From positions 1-41,873 of the forward strand of contig CAJBMK010000088.1 in assembly GCA_903954165.1 (NCBI GenBank): a stretch of 41,873 bases of DNA, given 5' to 3'. Made by a program: the position numbers and the translations under genes. The notes below the pieces were generated by a model, which was not told where the DNA came from, made no database searches, and saw only the letters and a list, made by a program, of their open reading frames with translations. The stretch is from an uncultured bacterium (GTDB taxonomy: Bacteria; Patescibacteriota; Minisyncoccia; Phycocordibacterales; CAJBMK01). Numbering within the stretch: position 1 is the first letter of the stretch; every line of letters starts with the position of its first letter. Shown one piece after another: positions 18,704-30,700 of the stretch.

Positions 18704-21700
18704 ATGAGTTCCATCAACAAAATAGTCAAAATAATTGTGTATACTCTCGCGGTACTTCTGTGTATATTGACACAGTCTTCCGTGTTGTACGCACAAACAT
18801 CAAATTCTGGAACTCTAGAATTCCTTGCGGGATTTGATGGGGACTTTCGTGATTACTCACACAACACCTCAAGGCCGATGACCGTGGGTAATTTGGTTAA
18901 TCCAATATTTGACGGCCCGACTCAGAGTGATGGTTGGTTACCAAAGTTTGGTTCCGGCACTATGAAACTAACCGGAGGAACCGGCGGCTCTGATTCATCG
19001 GGAATCTCCTTTGTTCCGCAAAATAATAACTCGCAGGGAGAAATTAGTCTAGGAACGGGGGAGTTTACTATAGACTTTTGGTTTTATCCTTACGGCCTCA
19101 AACATAACGGGCTGGAATTTTGGAAAGAGTATAACTCTAATCCTACTAAGTCCACATTAAGCAAACCTCATAATTTATTTTATGCAATCCAAAATCAGGT
19201 CAATTCATTATTCCTATTAGATACCATAAAACTTGCTCGCTTTAACGGAGGTTACAAATTTATAGTTTTTCAGAACAATAGCAGTTTTGAAGTTTCTTCG
19301 AATTTATCTTCGGATATAGTCGAAAATCAGTGGAATCATATCGCGATTCAAAGAGTCAATTCTAAGGACGGTTCGTCGTTTGTCGTATCAATAAACGGCA
19401 AGGCTGGCACGGTGGTGAATAAAGCTTTAGACTTTTCTTTGCCGAAGATTAACCGGTTGTATTTTGGTCAGCCTCAGGTGATGAATCCGCTTGGCGACAT
19501 CGATGAGTTTAGAATTATCAAGGATAAGGCACTGTGGCCAGGGGCTGCGGCGGGTCAGGCTTATATTATTCCAACGACAAGCGCAATCACACAGGATGTT
19601 TTGAATTCTGCTCCCGCATATGATGTATCTTTCCTAAAGATAAAACCTGAAAATATTTCATCGTCATTTTTGCTGCATTTTGATACAAACCTGTTGGATG
19701 TTTCGGGTAAAGAGCCGGTCATGTCTTCCGGTGTCGTGCCTGTCGTTTCGGTCGGGCAAAAGCAAGTGGGAACTGGGAGTGCGTCTTTTAATAGTACAAG
19801 CGGAACGGTGACCTATGATACCGGAGTGGCACTTAGCGCGACAGATGATTTTACTATTGATTTTTGGGCATATCCGAGAGGTTTTCAAAAAGATATAAAT
19901 AAATCACTCGTTTTACTAAAATTGTCAGACGGAACGACGAATTATTTTCTGCGGACGCATATATATAGTACGTTTTTGAACACTCAGTTACAATTCGGTC
20001 CGCTTTCAAGTGTGGTAGATCCGACGTGGTATAACTCTATGCTATCGGAAGGTACATCACAGTCAAGCGATAGTCTGTACAGAATAATGCTGAAGGAAAA
20101 GACATGGAATCATATAGTTATTCAAAGGTATAAGGGAGAGCTACTCTATATAATCAACGGGGCGGCATCGCGCAACGCCTATTTTATGAATAATGTTAAT
20201 TCCAGATTTGCTCTGACACCTTTTTCCGGTAAATCTCTAAGTCTGAGTATGGGTGGAGTTATTCCGATTACCGGCACGCAAGCCATTGCAGGCGAAGTAC
20301 CTGTAGCATTTGACGGATACATTGATGAGGTAAGAATTACAAAAGGAGCATTGTGGCCTAATGTGCAAAAGGATGATCAGGTTGCGTATGTCCCGTCTGT
20401 TGTCGGCGATACTGTAAAAAGTTCAAATCTTGCAATATTCGACAGGTCGGTTGAAGCATTTATGGCGGCGGACACCAATGTAATTCCCGGAAATATTGCG
20501 TGGTTTGAACAGGCTTTCTCGGCTGTTTCAGGTACAAGTGTTGAAAGTAATCAATCGGAAACTGTTCCCGCGCGAACGATTACGAGTGAACAGCTTTTTT
20601 CACGCACGAACGGCGCGCCTTTTTATACCGAATATTATGATAGCGGGGATAAGCTCGTGGCGTCGGCTATCTGGGCCGGGAGCGGTGTGACATCGGGAGA
20701 CAAAAAAATTAAATACAGCGAATACTTTGAAGACAGCGGTTTGTATCAGGAAACATTTTATTCTCCAAACGGCGCGGTTACCGATATATATCGCTATTAT
20801 TCAAAAGCGGACGGTGGAAGACTTTTCACACAAATAGAGAATCGTAATGGACTCGAACGATACCGACGCTATTCTGCAGACGGTGATGAGCAGTATAGTC
20901 ATGAATATCGCAACGGCGCTTTTGTGTATGCCAAACGAAAAGCTGTATCTTTGGACGGAATTACACAGAATGTTGTGTGTTTTTCGGCCGACTGTTTGAA
21001 TTTTGAGAGAAAAATTATTTCTTCCAATTCTACCGTTGTCTATTCGGTCACGGGAACCGCTTATAAATTCACTATTACGGACTACAAAGGCGGGAAGATA
21101 TTATTCCAGAAAGAATCTGCGGGCACGATTGGGAATAACGGCTCCGTTGTGCCTTCTTATAGAAAAGTCACTACCTATTCTTCAAACGGTGCGACGCCGT
21201 CAACCGAAATTGTAATTAACTTTTTGGGTAGTCCTCAAAATACCGCGGTCTTAAAAACATATAGTACTGATTCTTTGAGTGTATCGTACGGCAAAATCGA
21301 CAAGGAGGAAATGTGGCTGGTTGATTCTAGTTTTAATCCGACGGGACAACGAATGTATAAAATGTCGTATACATACAATTCCGACGGAGTTTTGGTTTCA
21401 AAATTAAAGGAGGAAAAAACTCAGCTTGATTTTACTACAACGACATACCGCCCCGATGATTCAGTGAAGAAGCTTAAAAAAATTGCGGGCACTATTTATT
21501 CGGACGGAAGTTTTGGAACAGTTACCGAGTACAGTTTTGATCGAAATAATAAGGAAGTTGCGCGTGTCGTCACGGCATTGAAAAAAGGGTGGGTTATAGA
21601 AAAAATAGATCGTTATACTCTTACTGTTTTGGCAAGTCGGACGACGTTTGATACGGATGGTAGTTGTCCGATCAGGGGCGACTATTTTGAAAAAGGTAAT

Positions 21701-24700
21701 GAATCAATTGTTCGATATTCGATTGTGGGAACATGTGATTCGGGTAAAATTACCTATGTTTATTCGTACATGGTGCCGGGCGGGAAGTCGGTAGCGTATA
21801 AGACTGAAGTACGCAGTATATTTACCGGAGTGCTTATCTCAACCCCGACGAATGATGAATTATTCCAAACAAAAAGTGCGGAAGCGAGATATTTTAAACC
21901 GAGCGGATTACTATCGTGGGCTCTAAATGAAGCCGATACTGTTTTTGCCGTTACAAAATTAATACTTTCAAAGTATATTGCGGACGTGAAAGCGGAAGCC
22001 GATAGTAACAAAAAATTATCGCTGTACTATGATTATGCGGATGAGCTATCTTGGGCGGTGAAGTCGGTTACCAATCATTTTCATTCAAATTCGACAGTAA
22101 AAAATAATGACAGAACATTCGAGGAATCGGCTTTGCCGTGGGTTGTGCCAGCCGGTCAAAGCATTACAAATAAACAAATATACGGTTTCTATATAAAATT
22201 GGGAGGTATCGAGTCGAATGCATCAAACGCACGTCTTGCATTTATTGATATGGACCCGGCAAATGTAGCAGAGCTTCAGGCTAAATTAGCGGCTGCCACG
22301 TCGTATGCGGATCTGGAAAAGTGGCCGAAACAGATGGGGAAATTTGATTCTCTCGGCAATACCGACGGTAGCGGTTTAATCGTCGGAACGGATAATAATT
22401 GGAAAATATTTTCCGCAAAAAATTCAACCGACCGTACGACTCGTTTGACGGTAGAAGAATTAACTCGCCCGGATCCCGCCACGAATAGAATCGTAGAATC
22501 GTTTATGCAGAGTTCGAGCGGTTTGTTATTGAAGATTAAAAAAAGCGCAAATAAATTGACGCCGGATGAGGTGATTAAAATATTCTATTCATATTTTTAC
22601 GACCAGTATTATTTTACCTATGAACATGATTTGGCCGGTGTTGCTCAAACGCTGGCGCAAACTATGTCGCGTCCGGGCGGAAATTGCCAGGAGTTCGCCG
22701 TAACGGCTGCGACTTTGCTTCGCTCTATATTTGTGAGTCTCGGTATGCCGGAAGAGGCGAAAAATGTCGGTCTTGCGACGGTAACAGTTACCGTCAGCCC
22801 GACGAGTGATACGGCGACGCTTGGCCACATCGGTGTTGTGTATAAGAATACAAACGATAGTTTAACCTATATTGAATCTATATATCTTTTCCAGGGAATG
22901 GGCGCCACAGTCCCTCTTGAAACGTATCCTGAAATTACTATTGAAAAAAATAGATTGTCGAAATTATTATCACCAAACAAAAATATCGACGGCTGGAAAG
23001 TGAATATGTCGTCGTATAGTTTGGTTGGCACGTTGCCTGTTGGCTCCGAAAACAGTTCTTCGGTCGGTAATTCTATATATCCAATTAATGATGTTGCCTC
23101 GTATATTGAACCGCATGATCCGAAAATTGAAGCGCTTGTTTCGGTCATGTATCCGTTTATTCCGAGATTATTTGAACAGTCAAAGGAAGGTCTGGCGGAA
23201 TATGTCCATTCCGTTTTGACCCCGTATTTTTCCTACGATTCTTCAGAACCGGACGGTAAGCCGTGGGAAAAAGTTGCGCAAATTTTGGACGGAGTTGTCG
23301 GAACGGACGGTACTGTTGCTCCGGGGTCTATAAAGGGGGATTGTGATGAATTGGCTTTTGTTGAAGCGAGCGTGTTGCAGAATTTACTGGAAGGACGATA
23401 CATAATGAGAAATTTGGCTCCAGCTAAGGCAAAATTGGCCGCCTCGGAAGATGTTATGCTTTTTGCTATAAGAAAGGATGCAAATTCAGCCGTTGCACAC
23501 ATGTTTCCCGGAGTTGTGACCTATATGAATAATAACGCGCTGACTCGCGTTCTACCGCTTGATCCGCAAATTTCCGCTCCTCAATCGACGATCGATTTTC
23601 GGACAATGATGGATGAGAATATGCTCTTTTATGCCAATAAAGCTTTCGGTACTGTTGCAGTTAGTAGTGACGATTTATCCGCGACGGTCTTCAAAAGTAA
23701 AGTTGACGCTCCGGCCGGCGATGAGCCCGCACCGAGTGAAAAGGTGGTACCAAAATCGTATTTTGATGGAGACGGAAAAGAGATTTCAGCGGAACAGGCT
23801 GCGGAGCTTCAGGTTGAGTTGGCGCGGGTGGAAGCAGAGTCGGCAAGAATTGATCAAGTAGATGCTCTTATTGCTGCGACGGGAAAGAAACTTGCTGATT
23901 TTTTGGCGAAAAATACCGAGCTTCAATCGAAGATTGTGGAAAAATTAGACGCCGGAACAAATACAGCCGTAACTCCCGCCGTTACCAATACGAATGTTCC
24001 GATAATCGATAATAATAATGCGGGAAATTTGGGTACATTTGGCGCCACGAAGACAGATTCTGCTGTTCCCGGGTCAATTAATACACCGGGCAATTTTGGT
24101 ACTTTTGGTGCCGAGCCAAGTGCTCCCGCAGCCGCCGGAAATGGCCCTTCGAATTTTAGCTATACTTTTGGTGCTACACAGCCCGAACTAACACAGCCTA
24201 CTTTGGTTCAAAATATGTTTACGGCACCGGGAGGCGGACCTGCTCCTTCGGTGTTTACAAACGTATTAAACTTTATTGGGGGATTATTTTCCGGCGGTCC
24301 GGGAATAAATTATTCAATGTATGGTTCGGGAGGAAATACTTTTAGTCCTTCAGGAATTGTAACAACATTTGGCAATAATCCGAATTTAAATATAACGGCG
24401 ACGCCAAACGTACTATATATACCTCTGGCTATGCCGGACTCCGCATCTATGTGTCCAACCGGAGTGACGGTTTCAAAAATGTGTTCGGATGTATCGGGAA
24501 ATGTAATTACCACGAAGCCGGATAATTCGTTTTTTGTGGGGAAAGACAGTTGTGCTTCGGTAGCCGGTTCTTGTTCTGACGACAAATTATTTTATACCGG
24601 CTGGGTCTGTAACCTTGGTTTTACAATGTCGCTCGACAAAAAATCCTGCGTACCGAATAATAAACCGCCTTTGACGCCGGTTATTACTTCGATGCCGGCG

Positions 24701-27700
24701 AACACTAATTTTTCAAAGACTGCCCAAACGTATACGTTTGTTTCGACCGACCCCGACAAAGACAATTTGTATTATCAAATTAAATGGAATGGAGATTCAA
24801 AACTCGAAATACAGCCGTTAACGGGAAGTATTGCTTCCGGTATCGCTGTGTTGTCGAGCCAAACCTGGCCAACCGACGGAGCATTTACTATCGAGGCTCG
24901 CGCTATTGATACAAGCGGAGCGATATCCCCGTGGGGTAAGCTCGTTGTAAATATTTCGAACAATTCGGCGCCACTTGCACCTGTAATCACATCGGCGTCT
25001 TCAAATACGAATAATCCGCTCCATTCGGAAACCTATTTGTTCAAAAGCACTGATCCTGACGGCGATAATCTGTTTTACGAAATACAGTGGTCTGGAAAAT
25101 CGGATGATGTATACGGTATCGTTCGTGTTCCCGCAGGAAATGCATTCGTCGCACACAACACAAATCAAAGCGCGAACAACACATGGCCGAAAGTTGGCAC
25201 GTATACGTTCATTGTCCGTGCGGTTGATGTTCACGGATCGAAATCCCCGTGGACCGCATATTCGCCTGAAATAACTCCGCCCGGTTTTGATTTTTCATTG
25301 CGCGGTCCGGATCTTATCACAATTATCCAAGGTAATTCCGCAGACGCAACAATCGTAAAAAATGTGGTTGAAGGTGATGCAAGCGAGGTTGTCCTTACGG
25401 CAAGCATAAATAAAATATCCGGATCGCCGGATTTGACTGTGACGCTTCCGCACAAGACCGACTGCACGCCGACATGTAATGAAGTAGTTCAAATTTCTTC
25501 GGATAATTTTGTCGGTGTGAATATAGCTAAAGTCACGTATTACACACTTACGGTTGTTGGTACGGCAAAAAACGATTCTCTCATAAAACACACTATATCT
25601 ATACCGGTGCGATTTGTTCCGGCGCCACGTGTTGTGCTTACCGCAAGTCCAAATCCTGTTTTGGATACCGCGATAGGAGATTTGGAAAGTTATCAATCGA
25701 CATTAATGTGGACATCAACCGGCGCAAAGTCATGCTCCGCAAAATCTGATCCTGTCGGGGTCTGGGCTGGAGTGAAAAAGTTGTCCGGGAGTGAAACTAT
25801 TACGATGGATAAGTATACGTTGTTTACCATTACGTGTACCGGTGAAGGTGGTAAGGCTGATGCTATTGTTGACGCGGATGTAATACATTCGAAAGCGCTT
25901 TCGGTCCTTCTTACCGCAAATCCATCCGCAGGACGATTGGTAGACGGTTCGTTTGAAACCATGCTGACTGCGTCATTAAAAAACCAAACCGGAGACGTTA
26001 AATATCGCTTCAATTGCGAGGGCGGTCCCGAATTAAAATCGCAAAGATTAATTACCGCACTGGTTAGCGACGATTCGTTTACGTTCAAGTGTAATTACAG
26101 CTTTTCGGGTATTCATCAGCCGACGGTGTTTGTGTATGACGATAATAATCCAACCATTCCTGTCGTGGCTTCGAATTTGGTATTTACGGACGGGCTCGAG
26201 GTGGTATTGGAAGCCGTACCAAACAAAGGTGCGATTCCGTTTACGCCTCTTTTACAGGTAAAATTTCAGAATTATAATTCACCGGTAAAATATCACATCA
26301 ACTGCAACGGAAGTACTCTGCCGGCGAATGAGAATGGCGTAAATGCAATTTCAACAGCGGTAAATTCGACAACGGACGGCGAGTACAGCTTCTTTAATGT
26401 AACCGATTGTACCTACGATACGGTGGGTCAAAAAACTCCGACAGTATTTGTCTATGACGATAATAATACGAGACTTCCGGTTATTGCTTCAACAAAAGTT
26501 ACCGCGATTGTACCTCCGCCGGTTGTAGGTTTCGATTTTTCTCTTTCCGGTCCAAAAGAAATTGTTTTGACCCAGGGAGCGACAACAGAAGTTGAAATAT
26601 CAAAGGATTTGGTTCAAGGTGTCGGCGGAAATGTCCATCTTGCACTTTCGGTTGCGCCGATTGCGGGAGGACCGAATGTGACGGCCACCCTTATAAATTC
26701 GACCGATTGTACGCCAACATGCGCGGAAACCGTCCGATTGTCCGCGGATAATTCTTTGGGAAATAATGTGACTGATATCAAGAAGTATTCGCTTACCGTC
26801 GTCGGAACCGCAAAAAATGACAGTACAAATACCCATACGTTAATTATTCCGATACGATTGGTGCCGGCACCGCGGGTAACATTAACGGCGTCACCAAATC
26901 CGGTAGCGGAAACGGCTGTTTCTCCTCTCGCCCCCTACGAAACGGTTTTGGAATGGTCTTCTATATCGGCGACTTCCTGTACGGCGTCATCAGATCAGCC
27001 GGGACTTTGGACGGGCGACAAAAAAATATCAGGCAAAGAAAAAGTGGCACTATCAAAAAATACGAAGTTTAGTATTGTATGTGTCGGCGACGGAGGAGAG
27101 GCAAACGCATCGGTTTCGGTTGTAAAGCTTGGCGCCAAATTATCCGTTACTTTGAAGGCAAATCCCGCTACGGGCGCTTTGTCGAATAATCGATTTGTTA
27201 CGACATTGACCGCCGTATTAAAAAATGAAGATGGCGCCGTCACATATTCTTCCAATTGTAACGGTGATAGTGAGTTATTGCCGGTGACAATAAAATCCGC
27301 CACGCTTATTGACCACGCATTTACGTTTACTTGTACGTATGTAAATTCCGGAATTTTCCTTCCGACCGTATTCGTCTATGACGATTCAAACGTCACTGTT
27401 CCGGTCAAAGATTCCGCGCACGTCTTTGTGTATGATCAGATGACACTTTCTTTGACGGCTAACCCCGACGCAGGAACTGTTCCGTTTACATCTGAAATGA
27501 AAGTGGATTTAGGCAATTATGTTGCACCCGTTTCATACACGTATAATTGTAATAACGGTTTGGCACCGACGATTCCTGTACGTCCGGCAACTATGATCGC
27601 GTCGAATGTTTCAAGTGCGAACGTCTCACAAAACACCGGTTCGTTTACATTCTCATGTACGTATGTAAAAATCGGTTTGAATAATCCGACAGTCTTCGTC

Positions 27701-30700
27701 TACGATGCCTTTAATACCGACAATCCATTGATCGCAACAACAAAAATCACTGTTGTCGCCGCCGATACAAATCGTCCGCCGTCGAAACCAATAATCGACG
27801 GCCCGAGCAGTGGATTAATTAACAGTGCACTCAAGTACAACGTTGTTTCGACCGATCCGGATGGCGACCAAATCTATTACGAAGTGACGTACAAAATAAA
27901 TACTTCCGCCGAAACGAATCCGATTTCTCGTTTGCCGTTTTTAGGGTTGGTGGAGTCGGGTACAATTCAAAATCAGGATTATGCATGGACCGGTCAGGGA
28001 TACTTCATTGTGTTAGCTCGAGCGATTGACATCAAAGGCGCGACGTCTGACTGGGGTTCGTACAACGTAAACATTAAGCAAAACGAGCCTGAGCCGGAGT
28101 TTGAATGGTATGGAACCGATGTGTACGAAAATTCAAGCGGTTCGTTGCCTTCAGATTTTGTGAATCATTATCATCTTATTCGATACGACGGGCCGACAAA
28201 AATAACATCATACTTCCCGGATGAGGCCGGAGTAGCCGGTACGGTGGGCGTAAAAACGTTGGTTGCCAAAACTAAAATTGATATTCTCACTGAAATCGGC
28301 GACAGTAAAACCGCTTACGGCGGAGACCCGATGGTCAATACAAAAACCGGCAATTACGTCTTCTCGCATGGAAACATCAAACAGTGTACGGACAAAGCTT
28401 TCACAAATTGTACGCTAATAAACGACAGCGATGTTGGTTCACCGCTTCCTCCAAAAGGTATGGGTAAATATGAGGCGAAATATGGCAAATATATTTTGTC
28501 TACCTTAACATTCTCAAAATTATTTGAATGGTATGGCGATAGTATTTCTGGCGAGCCGGGAGTTTTGCCGACCGACTTTAGGAATAAGTATTTCATTTTG
28601 AGAAATACCCTTAATCCGATGACCGCCACGTATTACCCAAGCGAGGAAGGTGTGGAGGGTTTGCCGGCGACGAAAACATTTATTGCTTATACAAACAAAG
28701 ATTTATTGACCGACACCGATACCGCCAATACCGCATTCTATGCGAAAAATTCCGTACAAACAGGAAACGGAGGATATTATTTTTCACACGGCAGAATAGT
28801 CCAATGCGACGATCCGCAATTTACCGTTAATTGCAATATTGTGAATGACGGAGATGTCGGGCAGGAATCTGGCGGTACAAAAAAGTATAATCCAAACGGC
28901 GGTCAATATATTCTCGGTACTCATACATACCGTCTTGGAACGGCTCCCGTAAATCATCCTCCGACAGCGCCAATAATTACCGGCCCGAATAAAGGTTCGG
29001 TGAATGATAGTTTGTTTTTCAATAGCGTTTCGACCGACCCTGATGGCGACCAAATCTTTTACAATGTAACGTATCAGCTCGATCCTTATATTGAAATAAA
29101 CGTTATTTCAAGACTGCCGTCCGAGGGTTTAGTAAATTCAGGAACAAGCCAAAATCAGGGTTATCGTTGGACAGGTCCCGGAGCTTTCATCGTAAAGGCT
29201 CAAGCTATCGACAGCAAAGGCGCCACATCCGAGTGGAGTGAATACAGTGTAAATATTTCACAACAGATCGAATCGCGATTTAATTGGTACGGAAAGAGTA
29301 TTTCGGCGAACGGTAATGGTCTACCAGAAGGTTTTGTGAACTATTACCATCTAATCAGAAAAGATAAAACCTCAGATACAGTAACCTATTATCCGAGTTC
29401 GGCAGGTGTAACGGGTGTTTCGGGTAAAGCTGGAGTTACAACATTTATTGCATCTACAAACGCCGATATTTTGGTTGATAATTATCCGTACGAAACAGGC
29501 TTTGGTGCCGAGCATACTATTTCTGTGGGACCCTATACATATGTTTTTTCACACGGCAACATAATCCAATGCGACAACCTGCAATTTACCGATAGTTGCA
29601 ATACTGTGAATGACGGAGATTTCGGGCAGGAATCCGGTGGCACAAAGAAGTATAATCCAAACGGTGGCCATTACATTCTCAGCACAAATACGTACAAATT
29701 ACAGCCAGGTAATAGTGATGGATCTAATACAACACTTCCGGTCACTTTGTCGGCAACTCCAGATCACGGTTCTCTTGAAAATTCTTCATTTACTACAACG
29801 CTAACCGCACATCTAACTTCGGGGGAATATTCACTTCCAGTCGCATACCAATATAAGTGTTCTGATAGTGAAGGTTGGAAACCAGATGCCGAAATTTCAA
29901 CATCTGTGAATGCAAGTAATGGTTTTGAAATCAAGAAATCAGACGGTAGTCCCGCATGTTCTTATCCTAGCGGAGGAACTTATACACCTAGTGTTAAGGT
30001 GTACGATAGCTCTAATCCATATAGGGTAGGAACTGCAACGACAAACGTATATGTTGCAGAGTTTATTTGTAACGTTAATGGAAGTGTAACTGAAGCTGTT
30101 GCTGGTAATGCCGGGGGTGCTACATGGGGAGTAAACAATCCTTTTAATGGTGGCGTATTTACAAAGATGGTTTGGAATATTTCAAATCTAGATTCATTGA
30201 ATGGGGCACCTTTGGTAAGTATAAATACGGAAGGTTCGTATTATATCCCGAATCAGAATATAAGTTGGTTGAATATGAATAATACAATTAACAATATTTT
30301 GGTTTCACTTCAATCAGGTGCGTATACATATATTGGTAAAACATTCAACATTCCTGCTATTTCTTGTCCGAGTGCGTCATTGGTGAAAAATTGTACACCG
30401 AATTTTGCTCTCGTGTTCAAGCCATTGGAAACAAAAATGAAAATAGTTATAAGTAGTGCTGATTCAGATCCTGTCGATATTCAATTGAAAAATCAAGCTA
30501 CTTGCATAGATACTGCATCGGAGGTAACTATTACTGAAGTATATATTGATGATGATAATACGGTCCGTAGGTTAAAAAGTGCGGGTGCGACAATTTCACT
30601 TAAACAAAAAGCGGATCGTGAATTGTATACATTAAATATTAGTGATCTAAACGCAACGGAATCTATTCGGTTTACAATTGATAATCCTGTTGTATCCGGT

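Noticed and set aside
20620-23570. Canonical Rhs/polymorphic toxin cassette (YD shell plus C-terminal toxin plus immunity gene)
   Set aside because: The YD-like repeats are degenerate. I could not find the Rhs core-terminating motif. The region is followed by more than 2,500 aa of structural domains rather than a short toxin tip, and no small immunity-like ORF follows.
25295-26088. Minus-strand ORFs of 130-133 aa (25295-25696, 25693-26088), and the many other 60-190-aa antisense or off-frame ORFs inside murA, uvrB, uvrA and the giant genes
   Set aside because: They lie entirely within long, domain-rich CDSs on the other strand or in another frame. They have low-complexity or odd composition and no start-site signals, as expected for chance ORFs opposite long genes.
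25277-29703. Periodic repeats that could be mistaken for a CRISPR array or satellite
   Set aside because: The repeat units are 0.3-1.25 kb, diverged, in frame, and encode recognisable protein domains. There are no short identical direct repeats with unique spacers anywhere in the window.
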